A stretch of 64,000 nt of DNA from the NCBI RefSeq assembly GCF_006345805.1, contig NC_043002.1, forward strand, positions 62,000,001 through 62,064,000, written 5' to 3'. The DNA comes from Octopus sinensis. Taxonomy: Eukaryota. This document shows, in pieces, positions 26,509 to 39,900 of this stretch. The notes below the pieces were generated by a model that saw nothing but the letters and a program-made list of their open reading frames with translations, was not told where the DNA came from and did not search any database. A program made the position numbers and the translations under genes. How positions within the stretch are numbered: the first letter of the stretch is position 1; the number at the start of each line of letters is the position of its first letter.

Positions 26509-27062
26509 AAATGCTCGATGCAGTACCAGACAGTGGCTCTCATCGCTTCTGATCTTAACTGATTATAAGTGTTATCATGTACATTTTTTATCTTGGTATA
26601 AAAAGATGGGCTACAGCAAATATTCTGCTCAATCTCACAGAATTGCAAGTCATTTGGTTGTCTTTAACCTGTTGAACATGTCCCGCACGGGCTACCTATA
26701 TGAGCATGTCTGATCACATGCAGAATCAGTGAGGTAACACCGTGGCTATGTGTTGAAAGGAATTCTTTGGGGTTTCATTAAAACTCCTCTGGAAAGAGGG
26801 GTCTTTCGTTCAATGGACCTTAAACAACATTTATCCAGGGACCATTTGAGAGAGAAGAGCGACTTGACCTGAACAAAATTCTGTGTGCCAACTGCAAGGT
26901 CATGCGCTGTTTATCTTGATATGATATCACCATGTCGCGCACTTATGGTTGTGATGTATGTGCCTGGTGTAACCTTACAAGATGAGTAGTCATGCTGGGT
27001 AAACTGGGCTTCGTATATTTCACCCCAGTGTCATTTTGATGACATGCACTACTCTCTCACTC
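26509..27062 (+). mobile_element. (AAT)n-flanked ~550-bp non-coding element, near-complete copy
   Basis: aaatgctcgatgcagtaccagacagtggctctc...ctctctcactc followed by about 18 AAT units. A 40-bp 5' stub also lies at 26236-26275. Confidence 0.8.
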
Positions 27063-27116
<54 letters not shown>

Positions 27117-27118
<2 letters not shown>

Positions 27119-30100
27119 CCCACAACCGGAATATTCCAGCAGATGGCCGTCCATGCTCATCACCAAATAATCAAAAGAAAAAGAAGGAAAAATGGTCTAG
27201 GGAAGATAATAAAGAAGTTCTTGAGGCCTTCTACCATGCCATATATTTCTCCACTGATAAATCTAATACTATACAAACCTACTTAAACTGGAGACAGAAA
27301 AACCCTGAAGTAAGACCCTACATAGACAGTAACAAACTTGCCAACGTTAGAAGAAACATTATAAAAAAAAAATACTGACTGAAGTAGAGATTGATCAAGT
27401 TAGACAAGCAAAATCGGATAAAATGAACGAAGCTGCAGCTAAAGAAGATAATACAGAGGAAATAATTATAGACCAGCCCAGGGCTGATAAAAACGAAGTG
27501 AGGATTGAAAGAGTTAGTATAAGTGATAGGCAAAGTGAAATACTCCCTGAACCAATCATAAACACTAAGACAGATGAGCATCAAATAGATAAAGAAAGTC
27601 ACACAAATATTGACCCAACAGAACTACATGAGCTAAAAAATCAAATCATGATTGAATGGCTGAAAATTAAAGAAACCAGTATGGATGAACGTGATACGCT
27701 CCCTAAAATCCGCAACTCTAACCAAAACATGAAAATAATTGGTAAAATCCGGCTTGCACTTAAGGATATAATTCCAACTAATGATGTTGATATCACAAAC
27801 CTCAACCACCTATACTATGCATCCGCGAAAATCTCAACGATCCTATGTGGTGTAAAGATTAGAAAACGGCAACATTCCCTCAAAAAGCCTTCTTGGCAAG
27901 AGCGTATGCAACAGCAAATTAAAATATTTAGATCTGACATTGAATATTTGAAAAACCTTAAGGCTCACAAGACTACCAAACCTACAAAAACCCAAAAATT
28001 ACTGAAAGAATACAATATGAAAACTATACTTGATATTGATGCCACCATAGAAACCATCAAACAAAAGGTATCTGCTAAAGCTGCCCGCATAGCGAGGTAT
28101 GAAAAGCGTGTTAGATTTTTCAAGGACAACAACAAGTTCAAAAATAACCCCAAGAATTTTTACAGGAAGATAGGAAAAACAGCGTTTACTGCAAGATCTG
28201 TACCATCAAAAGAAGAAGTGCAGGGATTTTGGAATAAAATCTGGGCAGAAGAAAAAACACACAACGAAAAGGCCCCCGGGATTGACAGAATATCTACAGA
28301 ACTGGACCTCTTAGAAGAGCAAAAGTGGGAGGGTGTCAAGGTAGAAGATATAAGATCTGCTCTCAGAAGGTCAAGCAACTGGAAGTCTCCAGGAAAGGAT
28401 AAAATTCCTAACTTGTGGCTGAATGCCTTCCCAGAGAGCTATGAACTGCTAACAGAACTGTACAATGATGTTTTGCAACACCCTAGTAGGATGCCTCCTT
28501 GGCTAGTTAATGGGTTAACATTCCTGCTTCCAAAAAGTGAAGAAACAAATGAACCAAAAAACTATAGACCCATAACCTGCTTAACAACTATGTACAAAAC
28601 GCTAACATCTGCCCTTACGGAATATACCTATAGTTTTTTAACAGACAGCAGCATATTCCCTAATGAACAGAAAGGATGTAAACGTGGATCCTACGGCTGT
28701 AAAGATCAACTACTCATCAATAAGATGATCTTAGAAGACTGTCACAAACGACACAAAAACTTATCAATAGCCTGGATAGACTATAAAAAGGCTTTTGATA
28801 GCCTACCACATAGCTGGATTAGGAAATGCCTGGAAATTTATAAGATAGCACCTACTCTGCGAAACTTCTTGACTGTAAGTATGAGATCATGGAGAACCAC
28901 ACTAACTCTGAACAGTGACAATGAATCCCTAAATGCTGGTGATGTAAAAATTTCGTGTCGCATTTTCCAGGGTGACTCACTGTCACCACTCCTCTTTTGT
29001 TTATCCTTAATACCTCTCTCAAAGCTGCTCAATGACGCGCAGTACGGGTATAAAATGTTTGATAAAAATATAAATGATCACATTTACATGGATGATTTAA
29101 AGCTTTTTGCAAAAAATGACCAACAACTCAAGGGCTTACTAGCGATAGTCAAACAATTCAGTGACGACATCAGAATGCAATTTGGCCTCGATAAATGTGC
29201 AAAAGCTACCTTTATCAAAGGAAGAATGACAGAAACATCTAACGTTAACCTTGACCAGCAGAATGTCATAAAAGAACTAGACCCAGCGGAGAGCTACAAG
29301 TACCTAGGGGTAATTGAAGGGAACGGAATAAGGCATTCAGAGATGAAGGAAAGGATCAGGAGAGAATGCTATCGAAGAGTGAGAGCAATACTCAAAACAG
29401 AGCTGAATGCAAGAAACAGGATCGAAGCGATCAATGCATTAGCCATATCAGTCGTGACTTACAGTTTCAATATTGTTAACTGGTCAATTACTGAAATATG
29501 TCAGCTCGACAGAAAAATAAGGAAACTGTTGACAATGCATAGAATGCACCACCCTAAGGCAGATACAGAACGACTCTATCTGCCAAGAAAAGAGGGAGGC
29601 CGTTGTCTTTTGCAACTGGCAATAACAATGAAGATTGCTACAATTGTCCTAGACACCTACCTGAAAAACTCTGAGGACTGGATGTTAAAACTTGTCTCAA
29701 AACATGAAAACAAGAAAGCATCATACTCAGTCACAAAACAGGCAAAGGAATATCTAAGTGAATTCCTAATATGCCAATTTCGGAATTAGAGATAGTCATA
29801 CAAAAAACAAGCACAGAAAAAGCTAGGCGCATGAAAACCCGTGCCAAAACTGCGGCCTTAGATATTCTGAATAATAAATGGCAAGAAAAACCTCTCTATG
29901 GCAAATATCCAAAGAGAGAGAATAATGCAGATATTGACAAAGCCCTGACCCAACAATGGCTAATGGCCTCTGGCTTAAAATCTGAAACAGAGGGGTTTAT
30001 CATAGCAGCTCAAGATCAATGCCTACCAACAAGAAACTACCAGGCCAACATATTAAAAACGGCAGTAGCCCAACATGTCGTGTATGCCGACAACAAAATG

Positions 30101-30845
30101 AAACCATTGATCATGTTGTCTCCAAATGCAGTCTTCTACCGCCTACAGAATACCTCAACAGGCATGATAGAGCTGCACAATATATTCACTGGGTAATTTG
30201 CAAAAACCTGGATTTGCCCCATGAAAAAAACTGATGGGAACACAATCCACCTCCAGTGCTTGAAAATGACCACATCTCACTCCTCTGGAACTTCACCATT
30301 CAAACTGACAGGAAGATAGATGCAAATAGGCCAGACATCATATTGAAAGACTTCAGACAAAGAACATGCGTCCTCATTGATATGACTGTCTGAATCGATA
30401 TAAACGTATCTGTCAAGACCTACCAAAAACTGAGCAAATATAAAGATCTTGAAATAGAAATCAGCAAAATGTGGAAGCTGAAGACTAAAACAATACCTGT
30501 TGTCATAGGTGCCCTGGGAATGATAGCGAAAGGGACTGATTGCTACCTAACTCAGATACCAGGAAACCCCAAAATGGCAGAAATTCAAAAGATAGTGCTC
30601 ATGGGAACTGCTCATATCCTACGCAAAATACTCTCTATGTAATCCCAAGGTTTAAAACAAACTTTTATTTATTTATTTTTTTTTTTTTTTTAATTTTATT
30701 TTTATGTATTAGACATTCACTAGTACAACACCAAAGAAAAAAGGAAAAAAACCCAAATATATGGCACAGAACTTCCAACCTATTGTCTCTGGTTGAGACT
30801 TGGAGCCAACTTGTACAGACATAAAGCAAAAGTCAAACATAGAAT
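27117..30845 (+). mobile_element. R4/Dong-clade non-LTR retrotransposon (RT plus restriction-like endonuclease), 5'-truncated, near full length
   Basis: N-terminal KWSREDN motif, RT (NYRPITCL, DYKKAFDS, IFQGDSLSPLLF, YMDDLKL), CRVC..H...C zinc knuckle, RHD, RPDI...D endonuclease, VIGALG, stop at 30640-30642. (AAT)n on both sides. Confidence 0.93.
27423..29789 (+). pseudogene. R4/Dong ORF, uninterrupted 788-aa segment containing the whole RT domain
   Basis: Longest ORF in the window. The full ORF is broken by frameshifts at about 27370, 29770 and 30050 and by two TGA stops in the RLE region. Confidence 0.9.
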
Positions 30846-30859
30846 AATAATAATAATAA

Positions 30860-31110
30860 TAATAATGTAAGACTATGAAAAGCGAGAGGGTAATGTAAAA
30901 GTGATCGGAGCGTTATGCTCAAACCTATTGAATCTTCAATACTTCTTAAAGCAACTCGAAATCCCATGCAAGATTGATATCTTGCAAAACCAGCTTTATT
31001 GGGCACACCGCATATCTTAAGGAAAGTATTACCTGTCAGAGGTCCTTGTTGAGATTTAATAGATGAGTAAATACTCCGGTGCATCTTTACCGCCACTGTG
31101 TTACGAAGGA
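30860..31110 (+). mobile_element. R4/Dong-type 3' fragment
   Basis: VIGALCSNLLNLQYFLKQLEIPCKID...PALLGTPHILRKVL; ends at (AAT)n. Confidence 0.65.
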
Positions 31111-31179
31111 ATAATAATAATTATAATAATAATATTAATGATGATGAAGATGACGACGACGACGATGTTGATGATGATG

Positions 31180-31365
31180 ATCGTTTGTAATTTTGGCACA
31201 AAGCCAGAAAGTCTGAAGTGAATGCACAACTGGTACTTATTTAATCAACCCCATGATGAAAGCCTTAGTTGATCTTGGTGGATTATTAAATCAAAAATAT
31301 AAAGACAAGAGAAATTCCACAAAGCATTTTGTCCACCGTGCTAACAATTCTGCTAACTGCCAAAT
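31180..31365 (-). mobile_element. SINE family C, degenerate
   Basis: Reverse complement ggcagttagcagaattgttagcacggtggacaaaatgc...ggggttgattaaataagtaccagttg. Confidence 0.55.
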
Positions 31366-31869
31366 GAGAAAAGGACCCCCCCCCCCGTTTTAACTAAAAG
31401 AAATAAAAAAGAAAATAACAATTTGCATTTGAAGATGTAGCATAAGGTGCTGGTGGTGGAGTATTGTCATAGGAGAATTAAAACTAAATCGTAAATAAAT
31501 AGAGGCTAAAACAAGAAATCAAACCAGAGACAGAAAATGAAGCAATTTATCAAAGAAAGATATAAGTGGTTGAAAAAATGAAAGAGGAAGGAAACAAGGG
31601 AGGGAAAAAGTTCGGGGAAAAAATAGGTTAGGAAATACTGGATTATTAATGGTACATGTAACTTTTATACATTATGTTGCTTCAAGCATAAACAGCCACG
31701 AATATTTCTTAAGTGGTCTTCTAATTTTTCATCTGTATATTCGCGTGGAAGCTTGTGTGCGCCTGTACATAGTTTTATCTAAATCTATCTTTCTCTCTCT
31801 CTCTTTATATATATGTGTGTGTGTATGTATGTGTGTGTACACACACATACTTATATATATTATATATAT

Positions 31870-31923
<54 letters not shown>

Positions 31924-32848
31924 GTGCGCACATGTGTTTGAAGATAGATACAGAGAGAAATGCATAAGTGTCATCGTCCAAGTGTGTGTACATATGTATA
32001 TGTACAGGCATTTATATAACTATATACATGTATATTTCTATACGCAGTCTCGTAGATACAATCATAAAAGCCTGTATGCACACACAAACACTGATATACG
32101 TAAACAGATGCCCACTCATATACACATATAAGTATGTATACCTGTATGCCTGGATCTACAAATTGCAATATGTATATAAAATATATATATATATAGAAAT
32201 ATACAAATTTATATATAAATATTGTCTATTAACGTCTTTTTTTCTACACAAATCAAAGATGGAAAAATACCGAGATAAATGTATTGAAATTTAGTGAGAG
32301 ATCGACACAAAGACAGAGAAAGAGAGAGTGAATGATTTTGCTTGTGACAAGAAAGGGTGGTAGAGAGATAGAGGAAAAGAGAAATAAAGTGAGGGAGAGA
32401 TTAAGAGAGAGAGAGAGAGGGGAAAATTGAAAGAAAGAGAGAGGAAGAGACAGATAGAGAGATTCTGCTCCGAATTTAGGAACAATTCAGAAACGAATGC
32501 ATTTGAGAAAAAATCACACGAACTAAATGGCACCCCCACATCGAGAGAGGTAGAAAAACTACCCTCTCTAGAAATGCCTTCAATATTTCCATCAGTAGAA
32601 GCTCCACGATAAGTTCAGAAGATCTCACCAACGTTGGAAGACCACAAAGAAAACAAGAGAAGAAACATAGACACATATACATAAATATACATATGCATAT
32701 ATATATGCATATATATATATGTATATATATACATCTACATAGAAACATATATATGATTAAGTATATATATATATATATATATATACATACAGGTATGTAG
32801 CTAGCTTTCAATCTCTCTTTATCTCTCTCTCTCTCTCTCTCTCTCCGC

Positions 32849-32940
<92 letters not shown>

Positions 32941-33838
32941 TGATATATATGTATTTTTTTTGTGCATATCTATATATACAAACATAACAATGAATATGTT
33001 TTCTAAATGTATATATAAATATTTTGTACGTGTGAATATGTGTGTCTTCTTGTTTTCACGTATATTATCATACGTACATGATGCATATACTTGTCTACAA
33101 TAATATACGTATGCATACGGTTCTTTGGATATTCACAGGGAATGAAATGAAATTCCATAAAAACACATCAAAGACTATTAGTTTTAGAAATTGAAAAACG
33201 TTTGTTGTGGATTTGACGTCATATGTCGTTCCTGTCTTTATGCGTGTGCTGATTCTTTCGAAATAATTCCTTACATTATTTTCACTACGCTTATAAATGA
33301 TTACAAATGTATTTCTCTCCGTAGAATGTTGAACGGACGCAACAGCTTAACCGTGGCACTGTTTTTGGGATGTGATTGTAACAACAATAGCAGCAGCGTA
33401 GTAAATGTGTTTCTGGTGCCAGTGTTGATGGTGGTACCAACAGCAGCAGGAGTAATGATAATAGAAGGAGAAAGAAACGGAGTAGTAATAGTAGGTAGTT
33501 AATGAGATGCACTTGATCATATTAACTCCAGGCAAAGCAATAATAGCTATATCATTGTAGTTGATAGAAGTAGTGATATCCATAATGCTTGTATTCGCTT
33601 TAAAATGTACCACAGCTGTTTCGCTAGAATTTATTGATGCATTCACAAATTATATCATAGAACCAATACACCATCTTCAGGTAAAATTTTAAACAGGCAT
33701 GCTTCGGGTTGATATGTCTAAATTCAAATGAATCCTATAGCCTATCAATATTAGTATTAGTATATTTGTTGAAATTTTGTTGCCCGAAATCGTATATCAT
33801 TATCATTATTGAGGTTGTTATTGTTATCATTATTATTA

Positions 33839-33903
<65 letters not shown>

Positions 33904-34384
33904 TTGTGCAAATGCCCTCTCCTTTACATCTTTAGAAGAGAGATAAATCCTCGTTGCCTCCAGCGCCGAGACCACCAGTAATTTCGACCTTGTTTGGTGT
34001 TGTCAATGATGGACACTGTTTTGGTAGATGCACAAGCGAGTCAATTCGCTGCCACTGATATATAGACTGAAATGCGCTGGTGTCGCGATAAACAGCTAAC
34101 TTGTTAAAAAGTGTATATTAATGACAGGGGTAGTACTAATGCCAAGAGGTAATATTTATCCACACTTAAATACGGATGTTCTGTTAGAACAACCTATAAT
34201 GCGATAGTTACCATGAGAGAAACATTCATATTGACTTTTTCGTGCAAAATGCACTCTTGCACATATCGTTTGCGGAGAAATCTTGTCAGGGTCGCTAACT
34301 GTATAATACCTTACCAAAGGGCAACAATGTATATTTACAGGCCATTCCCCTGCCTCTAAACTGTGGAACCAATGAATCGAAGTT

Positions 34385-34500
34385 ATTTACATTTGACAGA
34401 TATTTGTTCTCATTTCGTTTGTTGTTTCGTCTCATATACCCTCCAGCCTACATCAGGTGTCTTGGGCACATTTCGAACTTGAGTTCTGATTCCTAAGGTA
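34385..34500 (-). mobile_element. PLE-pLTR-like short repeat (family of 35808-35990), degenerate
   Basis: Reverse complement ccttaggaatcagaac...caagacacCTGATGTaggctggagggtatat..GAAAc. Confidence 0.6.
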
Positions 34501-34549
34501 TTTTTCGATGTTGTTGATGTTGTTGTTGTTGTTATTATCGTAATCATCC

Positions 34550-34594
<45 letters not shown>

Positions 34595-34644
34595 CTATCA
34601 TCATCATCATCATCGTCATCATCATCATCATCATCATTATTATT

Positions 34645-35193
34645 GAGTGAGAGAGCAGTGCATGCCATCAAAGTGACACTGGAGTAAAATAAACGAAGCC
34701 CAGTATATCCATCATGACTACCCGTCTGATAAGGGTACACCAGCCACATGCATCACAATCATATGTGCGCGACATGGTGATCACATATCAAGTTAAACAG
34801 CGCATGACCTTGCAAGTGGTGCCCAGTTAGAGTTTTCTTCTGGTCGAGAAACCTATTCCACTCAAAAGGTCCCTGATTAAGGATTATTTAAGGATGTTGA
34901 ACGAAACACTCACGTTTCCTGAGGTGAATTATCCAAACCTCCAAGAATTCCTTTCAACACATGGCTATGATGCTCACCCACTATTTCTGCTCGTGATCAG
35001 AGATGCATATAACGCCAGCCACTAAGGGACATTCTCAACTGGTTAAGGTCAAACATCTGAAAAGCAAATCTGTGGTATTGAGCAGAATATTTACTGTAGC
35101 CCATCTTTTATACTAAGACGAAACAATAAACATATTAACACTTCCAATCAGTTAAGATCAGAAGCCATGAGAACCAATGTTTGTTACTGCATC
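34645..35193 (-). mobile_element. (AAT)n-flanked ~550-bp non-coding element, full copy on minus strand
   Basis: Reverse complement of the 26509-27062 family, bordered by (TTA)/(CAT)n on both sides. Confidence 0.8.
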
Positions 35194-35197
35194 ATCA

Positions 35198-35245
<48 letters not shown>

Positions 35246-35642
35246 TCACGGCTTGGAATCGAACTAGGAAACTTGAGGTTAGTAGCCCGCGCTCTTAACC
35301 GTTACGCGATATTCCCATGGGTATATAGCATAGTGGTTTCCTAGACTTATAAAAAATAATGCATAAATTCTGTATGAGGTGGTCGAAATTTTAGTCGGTA
35401 ATTTGTAAATCTATTTATAATTCTTTTAACTCTCTCATGGTTTTATATTTTAATTAAAATATTTAATTGTAAATTTAAAGATACATAGTTTATGTCAAAA
35501 CTTTTTTTTGGATAAAGGAAGTTAATTAAACTGTTGGTTTCATACCTTGAAAGTAGATTTTGTGTTATATCTTTATATATTTTTTAAATTTGACATTGTT
35601 TTTTTTTTTACTTGTTTCCGTGTTCGATTCCAAGGAGTGACC

Positions 35643-35678
<36 letters not shown>

Positions 35679-35807
35679 TAAGAAGAAGAGAAGAAGAAGA
35701 AAGAAGAAGAAGAAGAAGAAGAAGAAGAAGAAGAAAGAAGAAGAAGAAGAAGAAGAAGAAGAAGAAGAAGAAGAAGAAGAAGAAGAAGAAGAAGAAGAAG
35801 AAGAATG

Positions 35808-35990
35808 ATAACCTTAGGATTGAGAAACAAGGTTTGGAAATTCCCCAAGACACGTGACGAAGGCTGCAGGGTATATCAGCCGAAACGTTGTGTTAAGAAC
35901 AAACACGATGAGGACAGATAACCGTCAAATGTAAATGATGAAATTAATGTAAATAATGTATATAATTCCTCATCTCTTAAATATAGGACT
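35808..35990 (+). mobile_element. PLE-pLTR-like short repeat containing a hammerhead-like motif
   Basis: gacac-gTGACGA-A-GGCTG-cagggtatat-CAGCC-GAAAC-GTT-gtgtt. Other pieces at 34385, 46901 and 55790. Confidence 0.65.
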
Positions 35991-36030
35991 GTTCTAATGA
36001 ATGGGAGCTTTCATCATCATACCTTTAGAG

Positions 36031-36627
36031 CAGTGATTCCCAAGGTGGGGCGTACGCCCCACTGGTGGGGCCTGAGAAAATTCAGGTGAGGCGCGGGGCA
36101 TAGACGTGGGCTGTGATTCCTTTCTACTGATTCCTTTCCCTTCGTCTTATTTGGTCGAATGTGGTTTTAGTGCAGTTGATAATTTGCTCGAAGCCAAGAG
36201 AAACCGGCTTGAGATTACAAAACGTGGCGATTTACGACTGAAATTAACAAAGTTGTCTCCTCAAATTAAAAACTTGTGCTGTATGCATCAGGCACAGGGT
36301 TCTCACTAAATTAGTCGAGCTGACCGTCAAATAATTGAACTGAAAAAACGTGTTTCTTTATTCTTTATAAATTGACATTTTTTAAAAACATGAGAATCGT
36401 AATAATTTTATCAATTTATTGGGTGTTATGCACTTTCAGTGCCTGTTGTTTCAATTCTCAAACTATTTTTTTGTACTTTGAATACAATTTTTTAATTTTT
36501 GATTTTTTTTCAATTGTAAGTAGGCCCACATGTACTTGTAAATGTGAGTGGACATGGGAAAAGGTGGGGCGTAAAAACTTTTGCTATGAAAAAGTGGGGC
36601 GCCGGGAAAAAAGGTTGGGAAACACTG
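36031..36627 (+). mobile_element. hAT (Charlie-like) internally deleted DNA transposon
   Basis: TIRs CAGTGATTCCCAA / TTGGGAAACACTG, perfect 8-bp TSD CTTTAGAG (36023-36030 and 36628-36635), and retained C-terminal dimerisation-domain sequence FPSSYLVECGFSAV...KRNRL...DLRLKL. Confidence 0.93.
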
Positions 36628-37375
36628 CTTTAGAGTTTATAAGGGGAATATATTTATGGTTTAATATGGAATTATGATGAAATGTAGTTTCAAACTATCG
36701 GTATTACTAAGCATAAAGTGACCATTCCATCGAGGAACAAAGAGAGATATTAGCTGGATATGTTGGCATAAATGTTTTATAACATTTATGGTATCTAGGA
36801 TGATGTGAAGGGATAGCCTACATTCAAAGTATCACTTACAGGATGCATGATCCATATAAATAAAATACCAATAAAAAAAGTACCAGCGCAAAGACCATTT
36901 ATATTAAGATTGCATGAGGTCATTTCTCTTTCGTGAAGTTAACATTTCTAGCAAGTAAAGTCTGAGCGGCGTGTCTTTGTGATTGGTAGTGCCTACTGAA
37001 AAAGAATTATATTGATAACACAAGTAAAAGAACACATATGGTTTGTAAAGTGAATTATGGAGAACAAAACATGTATTATGTGGCCAAAATGCAGGATCAC
37101 ACTCAGCACAGAATTTGACAATCGCCTGTAGAATTTTCTCACTTTGGACAAACGAAAGCGAAGAGAAAGGAAAGGAAAATCTTAAAGCGGAAGCGTCTCA
37201 TGGATATTGTAATCGGCTAATGGTGTTTGGCCCTGTATCCAGACAGTTCAATTAATCAGGTAATTCTATAAAGTTCATTCACGTAACAGCATCTATTAAT
37301 GCCTCTATCGTCTTGAAAATCCCCAGCGTTAGTCTGCATAAAAGATTAGAATTTCTGATATGTAAATGTCTCACC

Positions 37376-37424
<49 letters not shown>

Positions 37425-37426
37425 CC

Positions 37427-37473
<47 letters not shown>

Positions 37474-37496
37474 TCGCCAGGGTATATTTATATATA

Positions 37497-37547
<51 letters not shown>

Positions 37548-37715
37548 GAGCGTGTGGGGGTGTGAAAGAGACGAAGAGAAACGCGTAGATACATGGCTAG
37601 TTGATAATGAATAAATAAACGTACATAGAAATAGATAGACAAAGAGATAGCTGCAGAAATACTCACATGTAGACATACTAATATATATGTATATATATAT
37701 CTATATATATATATA

Positions 37716-37797
<82 letters not shown>

Positions 37798-38497
37798 TGT
37801 GTGTCTGTGTGTCTGTGAGTAGTTTAAAGAGACAGAAATAAATAGGTGAAAAATTACCAGGTAAATCCACTAGGGAAATAGAATAAAGGTAACCGTGTCC
37901 ATAAAAATGAAGCCTAATGTGTAGTGAAAGTGATTCAGAGAGATATTTGCTTGGCCCATTAAATGAATTTAAATGAAGGACATATCATTTTCTAATATTT
38001 CGGCAGCGTAAGCGACATTCTTTCTGTCATGCTATTTGAAAGAAATGTTAATATGAGCAACAAGCAAATTCTCATTTTGGTTCGATTATATTCTTTGTTC
38101 TTCAATGTATATGGAGTGGCTGGGCGTACCTGTATTAGATGCACTAGGCTATAATCTCTTTGGTGTTTTAATACTTGCTTTTCGTCAGTTTTAAGTGATT
38201 ATGTTTTTTTTACTTCATTCAGTGTATCATTACTTTATCTTTTCATGAAACTGGTCTTTGCCGTATACATACATACATACATACATACATACATACATAA
38301 ATACATACATACATACATACATATATACATACATACATACATTCATACATACATACGTACATATGTGTGAATATGTGCGTGTGTGGACTTGTGAGAACGC
38401 ATGCACATAAGTTTGTATGACTATATGTGCACCTGTAATTATATATATATATTATATATATATATATATATATAATATATATATATTATATATATAT

Positions 38498-38566
<69 letters not shown>

Positions 38567-38694
38567 AAGATAGATAGATAGATACATACATACATACATA
38601 AATACCTACATACACACGAATTAGGTACACACAGATGCACGCAAGCACCCGCACACACTTACATACATATACACACACACAAACATATATGCAA

Positions 38695-38738
<44 letters not shown>

Positions 38739-39499
38739 TATTTATAATCCTTTGTTAAGTGCATGGTCTGACGTTACGAAACGTGTCAACGTTAGAGAGT
38801 CTAGTTTACACTTGGTTGGCCCTCAAAAAGCGCTTTCAAATCCAAAAGATATGTTACTCTCAACCTTCTACATTTAATGGCAGCTTAAAAAGCATTTGGG
38901 AAATGATGAAAATGAGGAACGTAATGAACGTAATGTGATTAATTATGGAGAAATGTGATCTGGTTACTAAGATGGCGAAAAAAGAATAACATGAAAGTGA
39001 ATGACGTGTAAAACTAGCCAAAATAATCATAGTAACATCATAGACGTTGCAATAACATACGGTAGCAGAGAGGATATAAAACAGAGAAATATCATGATCT
39101 AGCTAGAGATATCAAGATAATGTAGAATATTAAGATGGCAAATATTCCTTGGTAATTCGTGCATTTGGTACAAAATTCAAACTTTTATCTAGGAGACAGG
39201 AGGATATTGAAAACGAGACTCGCGTTTTGGATCTGCAGTAAAGATTAATTGTGAAGGGTCTAAGAATCCTATGAAAGATTTATGATTTTTGACATGAGTT
39301 ATCGAACATTAGGTTATATTAATTAACGTGCAATAATCTTTGGTGATGACGACGACAACAACGAAGATGTCAATGCTGATGTTGATAATGATAAAAACAA
39401 CGATATTTAAAACTATGACATACAATATCAGTTAGCAAAGATGTTTTTTTTAATGTCTGGTGCAAACATATCCCCTTAAATCTCAGGATTCTTCATTAG

Positions 39500-39900
39500 A
39501 TTCTCGAAGAATACCGGATGACAATTATCTGCAGCCAGACGATGTGTGTCTTAATTCCAATATAGTCTTCGATGTCTTAAGTATTAGTCTTTATCTCTCT
39601 TCTGAGTCCTGATATTTCCCATTTTGTATTTCTTTGGTATCCACTTTATTATCACCTGTTAAAGCTAGGCATAAGATCTTATATGTTTTGTTCTGTTTTC
39701 ATTTAGAATTATGTTTGGATATTGGATTTCCATGCTTCAAATGTATGGTCAATCTTTAAGACGAACGTCATAATTATTATTCTCCATCAGAGACTCTGGC
39801 TCGTAATCATACCACTTTTCTGTTACATTCTATCGGTATACGTAGCTAACGTCCCACATATTTACCTGCACAATTTCACCAACAGAATCAAACATGCTCT
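39500..39900 (-). mobile_element. Ancient R4/Dong-type RLE domain remnant
   Basis: Minus-strand reading KWYDYEPESLMENN...PNIIL...TGDNKVDTKEIQNGKYQD, resembling the KWY-H-P-VLEN...PDI...KYQDL region of the 27-30 kb element. Confidence 0.5.

Noticed and set aside
26512-26535. TGCAGTACC resembling U2 snRNA stem-loop IV, suggesting U2-targeting or a snRNA
   Set aside because: Only about 9 nt match and the rest of U2 is absent. I also could not fit an HDV-like pseudoknot by eye.
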